Origin: a candidate division WOR-3 bacterium
GTDB taxonomy: Bacteria > Hydrothermota > Hydrothermia > LBFQ01
Reading direction: 5' to 3'
Assembly: GCA_015492295.1 (NCBI GenBank)
Contig: WGFI01000019.1
Span: 1-61,457, forward strand
DNA length: 61,457 nt
Positions 45,114 to 54,700 of the stretch are shown here, piece by piece. The notes beneath the pieces were generated by a model. That model saw only the letters and a program-made list of their open reading frames with translations. It was not told the DNA's origin and searched no databases. The position numbers and the translations under genes are program-made. Position 1 is the first letter of the stretch. Every line of letters starts with the position of its first letter.

Positions 45114-46490
45114 TTGAGTATATTCCTTATACTTCTGGGACCAGCTGTTGCCTTATACTATCTGCTTAGGGATGGAGTCGGAATATCAACGGGGGATTCC
45201 GTCGCATATTTGCAGATGGCCGAAATAATGAGGAATTATGGATGCGTGTGTATATACGGGGTAAAAGGGAGGCTCATACCCATCGGCCATTGGCCCCCAG
45301 GCTATCCTTTGTTCTTAGTGTTCTTTAATCCCTTAGCGTTAAACCTCCTACTGTTTTCAATTATGAATTTGCTGATATACCGCCTGCTTAAAGATAGTGG
45401 TGCCAAACACTTTGAAGCTTTGTTTTGGGTACTCCTTATATCCCTATCACCAACGACTATATCGGTTTTCACGCATGTGTGGAGTGAAACTCTCTTTATA
45501 CCGTTTATGCTACTCGCTTTGCATTTTTTAGTCAGAGGGGATAAAATATTAACCGCACCTCTGCTCGGATTTCTACCGATGATAAGATATTCATCAGTTT
45601 TCATGCTTCCCTTGATATTCATAACCGAAAGACTCACACTTAGATTGAAGATACTTATAGGTTTTCTTTCCGCTCTACCCTTCTTAGTATGGAGAATACG
45701 CAATGTTATAACCGATTCCTTGGTTTGGAGGGATGTAGTTATTCATTTTCCTATGCAATATCACATTGACATACTGTCAAACACCGTATATTCATATCTC
45801 GGCATAAACTGGTTATGGACACCCCATTCTACGAAGATACGAATTGTGATCTTCACCCTTTCTGTGATAATTTTTATCCTTATCTCACGCAGGTGCAATT
45901 TAACCAAATATCTATCGGCGAGCTTGGGATTATATGGGATTCTGCTAACCCTGAGTGTATCTTTCTATGATCACTCAACCATACCCGATATCCGCATAAT
46001 GACACCCGTTTATATATCTTTCGTATTACTTTATGCGTTATCCGCTATAAGATCGCGCTGGATTTACATTTTGATTCCGCTTACATCGTATGGATACATC
46101 CGGGAACTGAAACATTACAGGGTCTTGGGATACAACCTGCCCGAATGGAAGAATCTGGATATACTCAAAGTCATCCCAAAATATTCCCAAAGACCTATAT
46201 ATTCCAACGCGCACGACCTTATATGGTGGGCAACGGGGATACCTTCGGGTATGATACCGAGAAAATACGAACCGCACAATGCCCGACCCAATCCGAACTT
46301 TCATAAAGAAATGAACCGATTCCATTATGAACTTAGAAAAGACTGCGGACTTTTGGTCTGGGTTGATAAGATAAAGCGGAATTTCTATCCGGATAAGAAG
46401 GAGCTGATTGGGGATTTAAATCTCGTACCTTTGATCAAAACCGAGGATGGTTCAATATGGACTGTAAAAGATTGTCAGGGATTAAAATGA
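45114..46490 (+). CDS. Polytopic GT-C-fold glycosyltransferase-like membrane protein
   Basis: 458 aa with more than 10 transmembrane segments. It has an early GDSVAYLQMAE loop and an HWPPGYPL block, as in the PMT/ArnT-like (GT39/GT83) families. TTG start. Confidence 0.45.
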   Translation: MSIFLILLGPAVALYYLLRDGVGISTGDSVAYLQMAEIMRNYGCVCIYGVKGRLIPIGHWPPGYPLFLVFFNPLALNLLLFSIMNLLIYRLLKDSGAKHFEALFWVLLISLSPTTISVFTHVWSETLFIPFMLLALHFLVRGDKILTAPLLGFLPMIRYSSVFMLPLIFITERLTLRLKILIGFLSALPFLVWRIRNVITDSLVWRDVVIHFPMQYHIDILSNTVYSYLGINWLWTPHSTKIRIVIFTLSVIIFILISRRCNLTKYLSASLGLYGILLTLSVSFYDHSTIPDIRIMTPVYISFVLLYALSAIRSRWIYILIPLTSYGYIRELKHYRVLGYNLPEWKNLDILKVIPKYSQRPIYSNAHDLIWWATGIPSGMIPRKYEPHNARPNPNFHKEMNRFHYELRKDCGLLVWVDKIKRNFYPDKKELIGDLNLVPLIKTEDGSIWTVKDCQGLK

Positions 46491-47837
46491 GCATTTGTAA
46501 AGGGCAAATCTTCTTGGATTTTGGGGATGTATCAGAATACATCCCTTATGAACCTTTTCGCACCTCTTTACATCAACCAATGTGTATTCTTTCCATCCAA
46601 AAACGAAGGCCCATTTTAAATATCTTTGGGCTATGGCCACGGTTTCCCATTGAGAGTATAAGTCATCCGGACATATTCCTACGGTTCTATGCTTTCTTTC
46701 CATATGGGGTGGATTTATCACGAAATCGTAATAGAAAGGATTATTTGAAAAGACTTTACCTTTGAATAGGAAAGTTAGGAGAAGAGTCATTCCCATAAGG
46801 ATGCCGATGAGGGCGACTTTGAATGAGCATTTCAGTCTATTAAACATACTTTCAACATAGTTCAAACCCATTATTTCCGAAAAGAAAAGAGCATAAAAAG
46901 GCAAGGAGGGAACTATATAAAATCTGCTCTGCTTTGCACTTATTACGAAAGGGAAGCTTGAAAATATACCTAAGGTAAGGTATAAAACCGAAGCTCTGGT
47001 TATAGATATATCGTTTCTAAGAAAGGAATACACCAAAAGCATAATGAGAAAGGATGATAATTCTTCCAGTGTCGCGATTACTATATAACTCCTCGTAGGG
47101 GCTTTATCCAATTTCCCTGATATACCTGCTATTATCTGGTGATTTATATAGGCTTTGAATAATTCCTGAAACTCGTTGAATCTCCAAAGAATCATAAATG
47201 GTAGAATGAAACCTATAAAAAGTCCCAAATACGATGATGCGGTTTTTCGTATTTGTTCCCTGTAAAGCAAACTGTAAATGAGAGGATAAATAATTGGGAA
47301 GAGACCAACGGGTCCCTTTGTCATGAAACCACAAAATATAAAAAACCCAGCAAATATAGAAAATATCCACCTTCTGAATCCAAGTGTAAAGAACAATAAG
47401 GACAATGCATTCCAAAGCATTATAAAGTTTTCAAGCAGATTATTCGGCATCGCCCAGAGAAAATTTGTAAAGATCAGCAGAATCACCCATATCCAACTGA
47501 CCTTACCTGTAAGAAGCCTTATCCAGATGAACATGCTAACCAACGAAACGATCACAACACCGATACTTACCAGTTTCTCCACATAATAATGATCCCCCAA
47601 AACTTTAAAAAATACGGATTCAATCCAAAAGCCCATAGGTAGATGTCCATAAGAAGGATTCCCAAAGGACAATGTATAAGCGGGTTTAAAAGCCGTACCC
47701 AATCCTTCCGATAGATTCCTTGAAATGCTCGCGTATGTCAAACCATCAAAGAAGGTGCCATGGGAAAATATCTTTGGAGATATGACCACCAAAAGTGTAA
47801 GCAGGGATACTATGTACCCGCTTAACTTTTTACACAT
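46482..47837 (-). CDS. Polytopic GT-C-fold glycosyltransferase (ArnT/PMT-like, GT39/83 family)
   Basis: 451 aa. It has an N-terminal loop FFDGLTYASISRNLSEG and many transmembrane segments. It converges on and overlaps the previous gene by 9 nt. Confidence 0.5.
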   Translation of the reverse strand: MCKKLSGYIVSLLTLLVVISPKIFSHGTFFDGLTYASISRNLSEGLGTAFKPAYTLSFGNPSYGHLPMGFWIESVFFKVLGDHYYVEKLVSIGVVIVSLVSMFIWIRLLTGKVSWIWVILLIFTNFLWAMPNNLLENFIMLWNALSLLFFTLGFRRWIFSIFAGFFIFCGFMTKGPVGLFPIIYPLIYSLLYREQIRKTASSYLGLFIGFILPFMILWRFNEFQELFKAYINHQIIAGISGKLDKAPTRSYIVIATLEELSSFLIMLLVYSFLRNDISITRASVLYLTLGIFSSFPFVISAKQSRFYIVPSLPFYALFFSEIMGLNYVESMFNRLKCSFKVALIGILMGMTLLLTFLFKGKVFSNNPFYYDFVINPPHMERKHRTVGICPDDLYSQWETVAIAQRYLKWAFVFGWKEYTLVDVKRCEKVHKGCILIHPQNPRRFALYKCSF

Positions 47838-49501
47838 ATAACCGAAAACACACCGAGTATCTCCACCGTTGCAACAACCTTGAAATTCTCATATATTTCG
47901 CGCCCGATTATATACGGGGTTATTTGGTTTTCATCCTCAGCCAAAAGAACGCAGATCTCTCCACTTTCATCTTTGAATGTTTTAAGCCCTCTACTCTCCT
48001 CTTCAAGATAGTTTTCAACGGATGAGTATGTTAAGGATATGATCTTAGCGAGTTTCTTATCGTTGGCTGCCAGACGAAACGAGTCTTCCAGAGAATAGAA
48101 TATCCTGCGTATGATCTTTCTCGGGACATTATCAAGCGTAGCATAAAGTTTATCAAGCTTCATAACGCTGAGTCTTCTTAAACTCTCGTCAAAGTCCCTT
48201 AAAGACGGAACAAACTCGCGGATAATATCCTTTATGGTGCGATAAACTTCCTCCTGATTGTTGAACATTAACATATTAGGAGAGGTCTGAAAGATGAGAA
48301 TATTTACCTTTTTATCCCTGTTCTTCTTTGTCGTTATCTTGGGCGATTGGAAGGTGAATCCTTTATTCGTGAATTTCTCCGTAAGCTTCATAGTTATATC
48401 TTCGGAAAACTCCCCTACCAGTATAACCCTGAGTATTGGCCTTTGGGGATCGTTTTCCTCAGGAAATATCAAGAGTTGGTTTATGCCGGTGTTTGTATAT
48501 TCGTCTATGAGTCTTGGAACTATAACCCTCCCTATGATTTCAAGCCCGAACTTTATATCTACGAATCTCCTCTGCTTGGGTTTATTTAAAGTATCTTCAA
48601 GATACCTCGCTATCCTTGACAGTTTTCCTATTGGAACTTCAAGCGTCTCAACCCTAACGACGGATATACCCTCAGGATAAATGAATTCCTTCTCATACAC
48701 TTTGTTTATCCCCTCCTCGGAGAGCACGGAAAGAACGCTGTCAAGAGAAACGTACCTGTCAAGACCCACAACGGTTATACCTGACATCCTTAAACCCTTC
48801 GTAGTTATAAAGTTATGTATAAAGGTTTTCACTTTGGAAGGATCTTCTTTAACCTCCCTGTACAGTCTATTTTGCCAAACTATTATCTCGGCTAAGGTTT
48901 TAGCATCCCTTTCTTCAAGATATGCTTCCGTCCTTGATCTTACGAACTTTATAACTTCCCCCTCCTCACCGAGAAGATATTTCCATTCATTTTTTGGAAC
49001 GGATTCCATTATCTCATCAAGTATCTCCTTGTATTTACGGATTTTCACCCCGCTTATGGATATGAGGGATTTCAATCCAACACCACCCTTAGCGGCCGTC
49101 CTTAAAAGCTCTATCATAGTCTGTCTGTCTTTGAGTATATCTTTCCCCCGTTTAACATCATAAATTGACAGCAATATAAAAGCATAAGATGTTGGTTCCA
49201 GTGTAGTGGCAAAAATTCTATTTATATTATACCCTTTATCGTGTATCACGCTTGAAACGGCATCAAGCAAACCCGCCCAATCCTCCGCAACTATCACGAA
49301 AAAAACCTCCTTATTATCCACGAATACATCGGTTTGAGGTTCCTTCGTCTTTTCAAGCTTATCCAAAAGGGAGTAGGTGAGTTTTTTCAATTTATCCGAA
49401 AGATTTATCCATTTATCTTCAAGTAACCTCTCCCAATTCACAATGCTGAAAATTATAAAACTGAAAAAGTTTTGGCGGGAGATCGGTTGCAAGAATTTCA
49501 T
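47822..49501 (-). CDS. Hypothetical protein with ACT-like repeats
   Basis: 559 aa. The segment FFVIVAEDWAGLLDAVSSVIHDKGYNINRIFATT and two later similar segments look ACT-like. The start is uncertain; an alternative GTG 20 codons downstream is preceded by TTTTATAAT plus 10 nt. Confidence 0.3.
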   Translation of the reverse strand: MKFLQPISRQNFFSFIIFSIVNWERLLEDKWINLSDKLKKLTYSLLDKLEKTKEPQTDVFVDNKEVFFVIVAEDWAGLLDAVSSVIHDKGYNINRIFATTLEPTSYAFILLSIYDVKRGKDILKDRQTMIELLRTAAKGGVGLKSLISISGVKIRKYKEILDEIMESVPKNEWKYLLGEEGEVIKFVRSRTEAYLEERDAKTLAEIIVWQNRLYREVKEDPSKVKTFIHNFITTKGLRMSGITVVGLDRYVSLDSVLSVLSEEGINKVYEKEFIYPEGISVVRVETLEVPIGKLSRIARYLEDTLNKPKQRRFVDIKFGLEIIGRVIVPRLIDEYTNTGINQLLIFPEENDPQRPILRVILVGEFSEDITMKLTEKFTNKGFTFQSPKITTKKNRDKKVNILIFQTSPNMLMFNNQEEVYRTIKDIIREFVPSLRDFDESLRRLSVMKLDKLYATLDNVPRKIIRRIFYSLEDSFRLAANDKKLAKIISLTYSSVENYLEEESRGLKTFKDESGEICVLLAEDENQITPYIIGREIYENFKVVATVEILGVFSVICVKS

Positions 49502-49549
49502 CCTTATAATACCTGACTAAGTTGGTCAAAATAAAAAAGGAGGTGAAAC

Positions 49550-50182
49550 ATGGCATTCAGGAAATACGAAGGCGTAGATTGGGAAAAAGCAAACCCAAGC
49601 ATATTTAAGCTTGATGGTATATCTGAAAGGAGCGTGAGGGAGCATATAAAACTTTATAACGGCTATGTCTCCAAGTATAACGAGGTTCAGGAAACCATAG
49701 AGAAACTCAGCAAAGAGGATTTATCCAAGGCGAATCCTACATACAGCCTCATCCGAGCCCTTAAAGTTGATCTGACCCGAGCCATAGGCGGTATAAAGAA
49801 TCACGAGATATACTTCTTCAACCTCGGAGGTAAGGGTGGAAAGCCTTCCGGAGACTTGCTGAAACAGATAGAAAGGGATTTTGGCTCTTATGAGAGATTT
49901 GAGGATGAGCTTAGGGCAACCGCAACCGCCGCAAGAGGTTGGGCTTGGGTGGCATACGATTTTAATTTTGATAGGTTGTTCATAGCGATAGGGGATGAGC
50001 AGAATACATATCCTTTCTGGAACGCCTATGTGATACTCGCCCTTGATGTTTTTGAGCACGCCTTCTTCATGGATTACGGTGCGGCTAAGGGTAAGTACAT
50101 AGACGCATTTTTCAGGAATCTTAACTGGGATGATGTTGCCCAAAGATTTGAAAAGGCGATGAAAATCAAGGAATCCCTGTGA
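49550..50182 (+). CDS. Fe/Mn-family superoxide dismutase
   Basis: 210 aa. Candidate metal ligands are present (REH..., KNHEIYF, DVFEHAFF). Strong SD AAGGAGGTGA. Confidence 0.7.
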   Translation: MAFRKYEGVDWEKANPSIFKLDGISERSVREHIKLYNGYVSKYNEVQETIEKLSKEDLSKANPTYSLIRALKVDLTRAIGGIKNHEIYFFNLGGKGGKPSGDLLKQIERDFGSYERFEDELRATATAARGWAWVAYDFNFDRLFIAIGDEQNTYPFWNAYVILALDVFEHAFFMDYGAAKGKYIDAFFRNLNWDDVAQRFEKAMKIKESL

Positions 50183-50568
50183 TAAGTTGCACGGCCATAA
50201 TTGATACGATTGAAAGTGTAAAACTTCTGGGGGAGTGGGAGATAGTTGAGATCCTACAAAAGGAAGGTTTATTACACTATCCCAAACCTTTGTGCGAAGG
50301 AGGAAGAATTGTGCGAATAAGAAGAACAAAGTACAAATGTCTTCCCTGCGGTAAAGAATTTTCGCCGAAGAAGAACTCCAAACTTGAATCCGTAAGGCTA
50401 CCCTATTGGAAGATACTCGCCGCATACAGACTTTATCTTAATGGTACCCCCACAGACTTTATTTCCCAGGTCCTCAACATATCAAAACCCACGGTGATGA
50501 AGCTTGAAGCTATCTTTAAAAATTTGAACGAAAGATTTTACCCGGAAGCTCCTGTATATAACCCTTGA
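50179..50568 (+). CDS. Stand-alone zinc-ribbon/HTH protein resembling the N-terminal domain of IS1595-type transposases (no DDE domain)
   Basis: 129 aa (...YKCLPCGKEFSPKKNSKLESVRLPYWKILAAYRLYL....ISQVLNISKPTVMKL). GTG start overlapping the sod stop. Confidence 0.4.
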   Translation: MISCTAIIDTIESVKLLGEWEIVEILQKEGLLHYPKPLCEGGRIVRIRRTKYKCLPCGKEFSPKKNSKLESVRLPYWKILAAYRLYLNGTPTDFISQVLNISKPTVMKLEAIFKNLNERFYPEAPVYNP

Positions 50569-51544
50569 TCTGCAAATTGACGAGCAAGGAATAAGCATCA
50601 TCCCCCACCAACTCAACTATCTCGTCCAAATGTTTCTCCTCTTTTAGAATCTCAAGGATATAACTCTCCTTCTCATTTAAATCTGTGGGATGAGATGCGG
50701 TGAAATGCGTGTTATTATCCGAAATATCCTTTAAGAATTCCGATATATCATAGAGTGGTCTCGCCCCTTCATATATAAGCTTGTTAGATCCATAGTTCCT
50801 TGAATCGTAAGGATCTCCAGGGATTACCCATATATCTTTACCTTGATCCAAAGCCCACCTCGCTGTTATCAGAGCCCCAGACTTTGAAGGAGACTGGGAT
50901 ATTACTACCACATCACTGAGAGCACTGATAACCCTATTCCTCGCAGGAAAGTTACCGGGATTCGGTAATGTACCGAGAGGGAATTCAGAAAGTATCAATC
51001 CACCCTTATTCAAAATCTCCCTGAATAAACCCCTGTTTTCCTTTGGATAGGTTTTATCTAAACCGCATCCCATAACTACCACCGTTCTACCGTTAGCCCC
51101 TTTATGCGCAGCAGTATCTATACCTATTGCGCCTCCCGATACAACAACCATCCCATTCTGGGAAAGAGCTTGGGATAATCTGTAAGTGAAATTTGATGCG
51201 GAAACGGATGGATACCTTGTACCAACTATACCCACGGTTTTATTGTTCAGGATGTTAAGATTCCCTTTGTAATAAATGACTTTTGGAAGATAGCTGAAAG
51301 TTTTTAATCTTTCGGGAAATTCTGGATTGAGAAAGGTAATTATGTTGATACCCAGTTTTTTAACCTTGCCAACATACTTTTCAACATGGTCAAGCGAGGG
51401 CATATTTGGATTTATGTGATGGAGATTCTCATAAGCGGATTTAAAAGATCCGAACTCCTTCAAAATCTTCTCTATCCTTACAGGCCCTATTCTATGCGTT
51501 AAATGAAATGATAACAAATAGATCTCCTCTTCCAACAGATGCAT
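50516..51544 (-). CDS. dprA: DNA-processing protein DprA (Smf)
   Basis: 342 aa (GIVGTRYPS, VVSGGAIGIDTAAHKGA, Rossmann-like core). Confidence 0.85.
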   Translation of the reverse strand: MHLLEEEIYLLSFHLTHRIGPVRIEKILKEFGSFKSAYENLHHINPNMPSLDHVEKYVGKVKKLGINIITFLNPEFPERLKTFSYLPKVIYYKGNLNILNNKTVGIVGTRYPSVSASNFTYRLSQALSQNGMVVVSGGAIGIDTAAHKGANGRTVVVMGCGLDKTYPKENRGLFREILNKGGLILSEFPLGTLPNPGNFPARNRVISALSDVVVISQSPSKSGALITARWALDQGKDIWVIPGDPYDSRNYGSNKLIYEGARPLYDISEFLKDISDNNTHFTASHPTDLNEKESYILEILKEEKHLDEIVELVGDDAYSLLVNLQIKGYIQELPGKIFRSNF

Positions 51545-51552
51545 AACAGAAA

Positions 51553-51561
51553 ATTATAACC
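51553..51561 (-). promoter_or_regulatory. Putative -10 element (TTTTCAAGGTTATAAT) for dprA
   Basis: Reverse complement reads GGTTATAAT, then an 8-nt spacer, then the ATG at 51544. Confidence 0.5.
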
Positions 51562-51639
51562 TTGAAAAGGATTTTAATTAAGGTGGGTCGCAGTAAATTA
51601 TTAAGCGATAATACAAATTAGCGGGTTTTTAATGGTTAT

Positions 51640-51830
51640 AATGAAGGGCCTATAAGCAGGGACTGGAGTAGATACAACAGGGAACTTATAAGAAGGGCAA
51701 AATACTCATAAGTCTTGCGGATTTCGGACTGAAGTAAGCCTTTCTCCAACTCATCCCTTTCTTCTCCTTTTGGACAAGGCACTCTGTATCCGTAGAACCC
51801 ACTTATGTAAAAAGTCCCTCCTATCAGCAC
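51640..51830 (+). pseudogene. IS transposase N-terminal fragment (degenerate)
   Basis: Plus-strand frame reads NEGPISRDWSRYNRELIRRAKYS*. The DWSxYNxxLxxRG-type block is typical of the N-termini of IS4/IS5-like transposases. It is followed by stops and frameshifts. Confidence 0.3.
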
Positions 51831-51845
51831 GATACATTCAATTTA
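51822..51845 (+). repeat. 24-nt direct repeat, copy 1 (TATCAGCACGATACATTCAATTTA)
   Basis: Matches 52254-52277 at 22 of 24 positions. Confidence 0.8.
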
Positions 51846-51930
51846 TGGTATTTCGTTGATTAAATGAGACAAAGGACGGGATTAGAATAGAAGCGAGCAA
51901 CAAGATAAGGCTAAAAGTAAGGGGAACGAG

Positions 51931-52185
51931 GTGGTGTGGGTCCTGTACCTATGCAAAGAGTGTGGGAGGCAGATGGTGGAGAGGCCGAAGTATAAGATGA
52001 GTTATTCAGCGATAGCGAGGGTATATATTGGCTTTGATGAGGGTTTAAGCAGGCTTAAAAAGGTTTTCAAGCGGCGAAGACGAAATGGAGAGAGTTTGCA
52101 AAACATAATTGACCTTCTACCTGAAGCGGAGGAATTCCATACGGACGGGTGGAAGGGATATGAAAGAAGACCTCGTCAATCTTAA
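51931..52185 (+). pseudogene. Internally deleted IS1-like transposase remnant
   Basis: 84-aa ORF retaining a CKECG zinc-finger-like start and a ...FHTDGWKGYE end, which resemble the two ends of IS1-type transposases. The middle is missing. Confidence 0.3.
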
Positions 52186-52253
52186 TTAGGGTTTTCACAA
52201 CAGATTGCGGTAGAGAAAAAACTGGCTCTTGGATCATAAGAACCCTATCATTC

Positions 52254-52277
52254 TATCAACACGATACCTTCAATTTA
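52254..52277 (+). repeat. 24-nt direct repeat, copy 2 (TATCAACACGATACCTTCAATTTA)
   Basis: Matches 51822-51845 at 22 of 24 positions. It overlaps the CDGSH gene stop codon. Confidence 0.8.
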
Positions 52278-52481
52278 CTCAGCTTCTACTTCAACCTCCT
52301 CCGCTTGAAATCCCACCTTCGCGTGGGAGCCATCGCAGAAGGGTTTATTATTTGAATGACCACACCTACACAGCGCAAGAACCTTCGCATCCATTTCCTC
52401 TTCTTTGCCACCCTTTATCACTTTTATCTTTCCCTTTATCTCTACTATATATGGACCGTTTTTCAATGCTTTGACTTTCAT
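52275..52481 (-). CDS. CDGSH-type iron-sulfur domain protein
   Basis: The start was set at MKVKALKNGPY (68 aa) on the promoter-motif evidence. It carries the exact signature CRCGHSNNKPFCDGSH. Confidence 0.75.
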   Translation of the reverse strand: MKVKALKNGPYIVEIKGKIKVIKGGKEEEMDAKVLALCRCGHSNNKPFCDGSHAKVGFQAEEVEVEAE

Positions 52482-52490
52482 GGTACGAGT

Positions 52491-52499
52491 ATAATAACC
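52491..52499 (-). promoter_or_regulatory. Putative -10 element (TTTCAAGGTTATTAT) for CDGSH gene
   Basis: Reverse complement reads GGTTATTAT, then a 9-nt spacer, then the ATG at 52481. Confidence 0.45.
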
Positions 52500-52531
52500 T
52501 TGAAAATTATCCGAGGGAAAAATATATGCCA

Positions 52532-53077
52532 CTAAAAGATTTCTTTCAGATCAACTTCAAGACCTTTCAGAATCTTACTCTTAACTTTACCCTCACCACT
52601 CGCTATACTGTAAAGTTCATACTTGCCTTCCTTTAATACCCACACCTCCACTGCTTTTTCACCCGGATACACAAGCCAATACTCTTTAATCCCAGCTTTC
52701 TCGTATATCTTGAACTTCTCATACCTATCTCTGTAATAGCTCGTCGGTGAGACTATCTCAACAACCAAGTCAGGAGGACCGAATAACCTACCTCCCCTTA
52801 TATTCTTTAAGTTCTCCTTGGATATGAACACTATATCAGGCTGAACAACGGTTTCTTCACTCAATATCACATCAAAGGGGGATAGTATGACCTCACCTGA
52901 CCTAAGATTGATTTCTAACAGTGATATTAAAATGTATGTTAGTTTTTTTAATATCTTTTGATGCTCAAAGTGAGGTGCAGGCATTTCATATAACCTCCCT
53001 TTTATAACCTCATACCTTTTATCGTCGTTAAGCTCCAAGTAGTCCCTATAAGTCCAAATCTTCTCCTTAACCTTCAT
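52532..53077 (-). CDS. Uma2 (ex-DUF820) PD-(D/E)xK-fold putative endonuclease, copy 1 (subfamily A)
   Basis: 181 aa (KEKIWTYRDY, LNDDKRYEVIKGRLYEMPAP, QPDIVFISK, PDLVVEIVSP, KAGIKEYWLVYP). SD AAAGGAGG lies 6 nt upstream of the ATG, inside copy 2. Confidence 0.7.
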   Translation of the reverse strand: MKVKEKIWTYRDYLELNDDKRYEVIKGRLYEMPAPHFEHQKILKKLTYILISLLEINLRSGEVILSPFDVILSEETVVQPDIVFISKENLKNIRGGRLFGPPDLVVEIVSPTSYYRDRYEKFKIYEKAGIKEYWLVYPGEKAVEVWVLKEGKYELYSIASGEGKVKSKILKGLEVDLKEIF

Positions 53078-53618
53078 CAAAAACCTCCTTTAAATCAACT
53101 TCAAAGCCTTTCAGAACTTTACTCTTAACCTTACCTTCACTACTCGCTATACTGTAAAGCTCATACTTGTCTTCCTTCAAAACCCACACCTCTATCGCTT
53201 TCTCGCCTGGATACACAAGCCAATACTCTTTAATTCCTGCTTCCTCGTATATCCTAAACTTCTCATATCTGTCCCTATAATAACTCGCAGGTGATACTAC
53301 CTCTACAACTAAATCAGGAGGGCCATAGATACGGTCCTTAATTATCTCCTTCCTATCCTTGGATATAAACACCAGATCAGGTTGAACAATGGAGATTTCG
53401 GATAGGATTATATCCACAGGTGATATAATAACTTCTCCCCAGAAAGGATTAACAAAGTTGTCAAATTTTTTATATAATCTACCTACAATTCTTTGATGAA
53501 ACACAAAAGGCGCGGGCATTTCATATAACCTCCCGTTTATGACCTCATACCTTTTGTCATCGTTGAGTTTTAAGTAATCCTCATAAGTCCAAAGCTTCTC
53601 TTTAGCCGGCGCTTTCAT
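53067..53618 (-). CDS. Uma2-family putative endonuclease, copy 2 (subfamily A)
   Basis: 183 aa from the ATG at 53618 (GGAGG, 6 nt, ATG). The C-terminal 82 aa are about 88% identical to copy 1 by manual count. The central segment is divergent. Confidence 0.7.
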   Translation of the reverse strand: MKAPAKEKLWTYEDYLKLNDDKRYEVINGRLYEMPAPFVFHQRIVGRLYKKFDNFVNPFWGEVIISPVDIILSEISIVQPDLVFISKDRKEIIKDRIYGPPDLVVEVVSPASYYRDRYEKFRIYEEAGIKEYWLVYPGEKAIEVWVLKEDKYELYSIASSEGKVKSKVLKGFEVDLKEVFDEG

Positions 53619-54159
53619 AACCAACCTCCTTCAATAGATCTCTTAACCTGAACTTAACCCCCTCTAAAAGCTCAACCTCCTCATCCTTGCTGAAAAGTTT
53701 AACCCCTTTATCGTCTATAACGATAATCTCTTTGGTCTTCGGATAAATCCAAACCTGCTTGAAAACTCCCCAGGTTTTATAATCCTTAATCTTACCTTGA
53801 ACATATTCGGCGCTGTCAGAAGGTGAAACTATTTCAATAATAAGCTCAGGAGGTATATCAATTGAACCTTCTGGTATATCTCTCATCCTCCCCTTTGATA
53901 TAACCACTATATCTGCACCCCTTAAAATCAAAGGGTCTCGTGAAATGAGCAAGCCTACTTCACCTACGAATATATAAAATTTATCCTTTAACTTACTATA
54001 AAGAAGCCTATAAACTGCTCCCTCCAAAAACCCATGGAATCCACCTACTGGCATTCTTCTGACCTCCTTACCGTTTATGATCTCTGAAACATCGGGAGGT
54101 ATCTTACCAGATATGTAATCCTCATAAGTCCATAGTTTTTCTTTAACCGTTGCTTTCAT
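53602..54159 (-). CDS. Uma2-family putative endonuclease, copy 3 (subfamily B)
   Basis: 185 aa (KEKLWTYEDYISGKIPPDVSEIINGKEV, RGADIVVISK, PPELIIEIVSP). Confidence 0.65.
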   Translation of the reverse strand: MKATVKEKLWTYEDYISGKIPPDVSEIINGKEVRRMPVGGFHGFLEGAVYRLLYSKLKDKFYIFVGEVGLLISRDPLILRGADIVVISKGRMRDIPEGSIDIPPELIIEIVSPSDSAEYVQGKIKDYKTWGVFKQVWIYPKTKEIIVIDDKGVKLFSKDEEVELLEGVKFRLRDLLKEVGYESAG

Positions 54160-54700
54160 AATCTACCTCCTTCAACAAATCCCTTAACCTAAGCTTAACC
54201 CCCTCCAAAAGCTCAACATCCTCATCTTTACTGTACAATTCCATACCTTTGCTGCTTATGACGATAACGACACCATCCTCCGGAAACATCCAAACCTGTC
54301 TATTCACACCCCATCTCCTGTAATCTTCCATCTTCTCCAGAACATATACGACACTTTCTCCCGGAGATACGATTTCAATAACGAGTTCTGGCGGTATGTT
54401 TAAAGCACCCTTGGGTATATCCTTTAACCTTTCCTTGGAAATGACCACTATATCAGCCCCACGAAGATGTAAGGGTTCTTTGGATAAAATCAAAGCCACT
54501 TCCCCTAAGCTGATCCAATATCTATCCCTTAGGTAATTATACAAAATCACAAATATTTTACCTTCAATATTTCCATGAAAAAATCCCGCGGGCATTTTTT
54601 TAACCTCCTTACCGTTTATGATCTCTGAAACATCGGGAGGTATCCTACCAAAGATATAATCTTCATAAGTCCAAATCTTCTCCTTAACTGTTGCCTTCAT
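54143..54700 (-). CDS. Uma2-family putative endonuclease, copy 4 (subfamily B)
   Basis: 185 aa from the ATG at 54700. It has the same blocks as copy 3, and the same GGAGG-bearing junction. Confidence 0.65.
   Translation of the reverse strand: MKATVKEKIWTYEDYIFGRIPPDVSEIINGKEVKKMPAGFFHGNIEGKIFVILYNYLRDRYWISLGEVALILSKEPLHLRGADIVVISKERLKDIPKGALNIPPELVIEIVSPGESVVYVLEKMEDYRRWGVNRQVWMFPEDGVVIVISSKGMELYSKDEDVELLEGVKLRLRDLLKEVDYESNG

Noticed and set aside
49502-49513. GGTATTATAAGG read on the minus strand as a promoter only 4 nt from the ATG at 49501
   Set aside because: The spacing is inconsistent with the 6-11 nt seen elsewhere. The same palindromic TTATAA core reads CCTTATAAT on the plus strand and more likely serves sod, which has a ~39-nt leader with an SD. 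The promoter and true start of the 559-aa gene remain unresolved.
49721-50425. 234-aa minus-strand ORF antisense to sod. Similar long antisense ORFs occur at 26126-26773, 22977-23576, 35162-35734, 16452-16862, 14089-14544, 19905-20336 and 48681-49163.
   Set aside because: Each lies entirely inside a well-supported gene on the opposite strand and has low-complexity Ser/Leu/Phe/Pro-rich composition. They are explained by the strong purine bias of coding strands, which depletes stop codons on the antisense strand. None has a promoter box or SD.
51636-51830. 64-aa minus-strand ORF (GTG start) in the dprA-proximal intergenic region
   Set aside because: The plus strand of the same segment carries a transposase-like fragment (DWSRYNRELIRR). 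The minus-strand ORF has no motif or translation signals and is probably non-coding IS debris.
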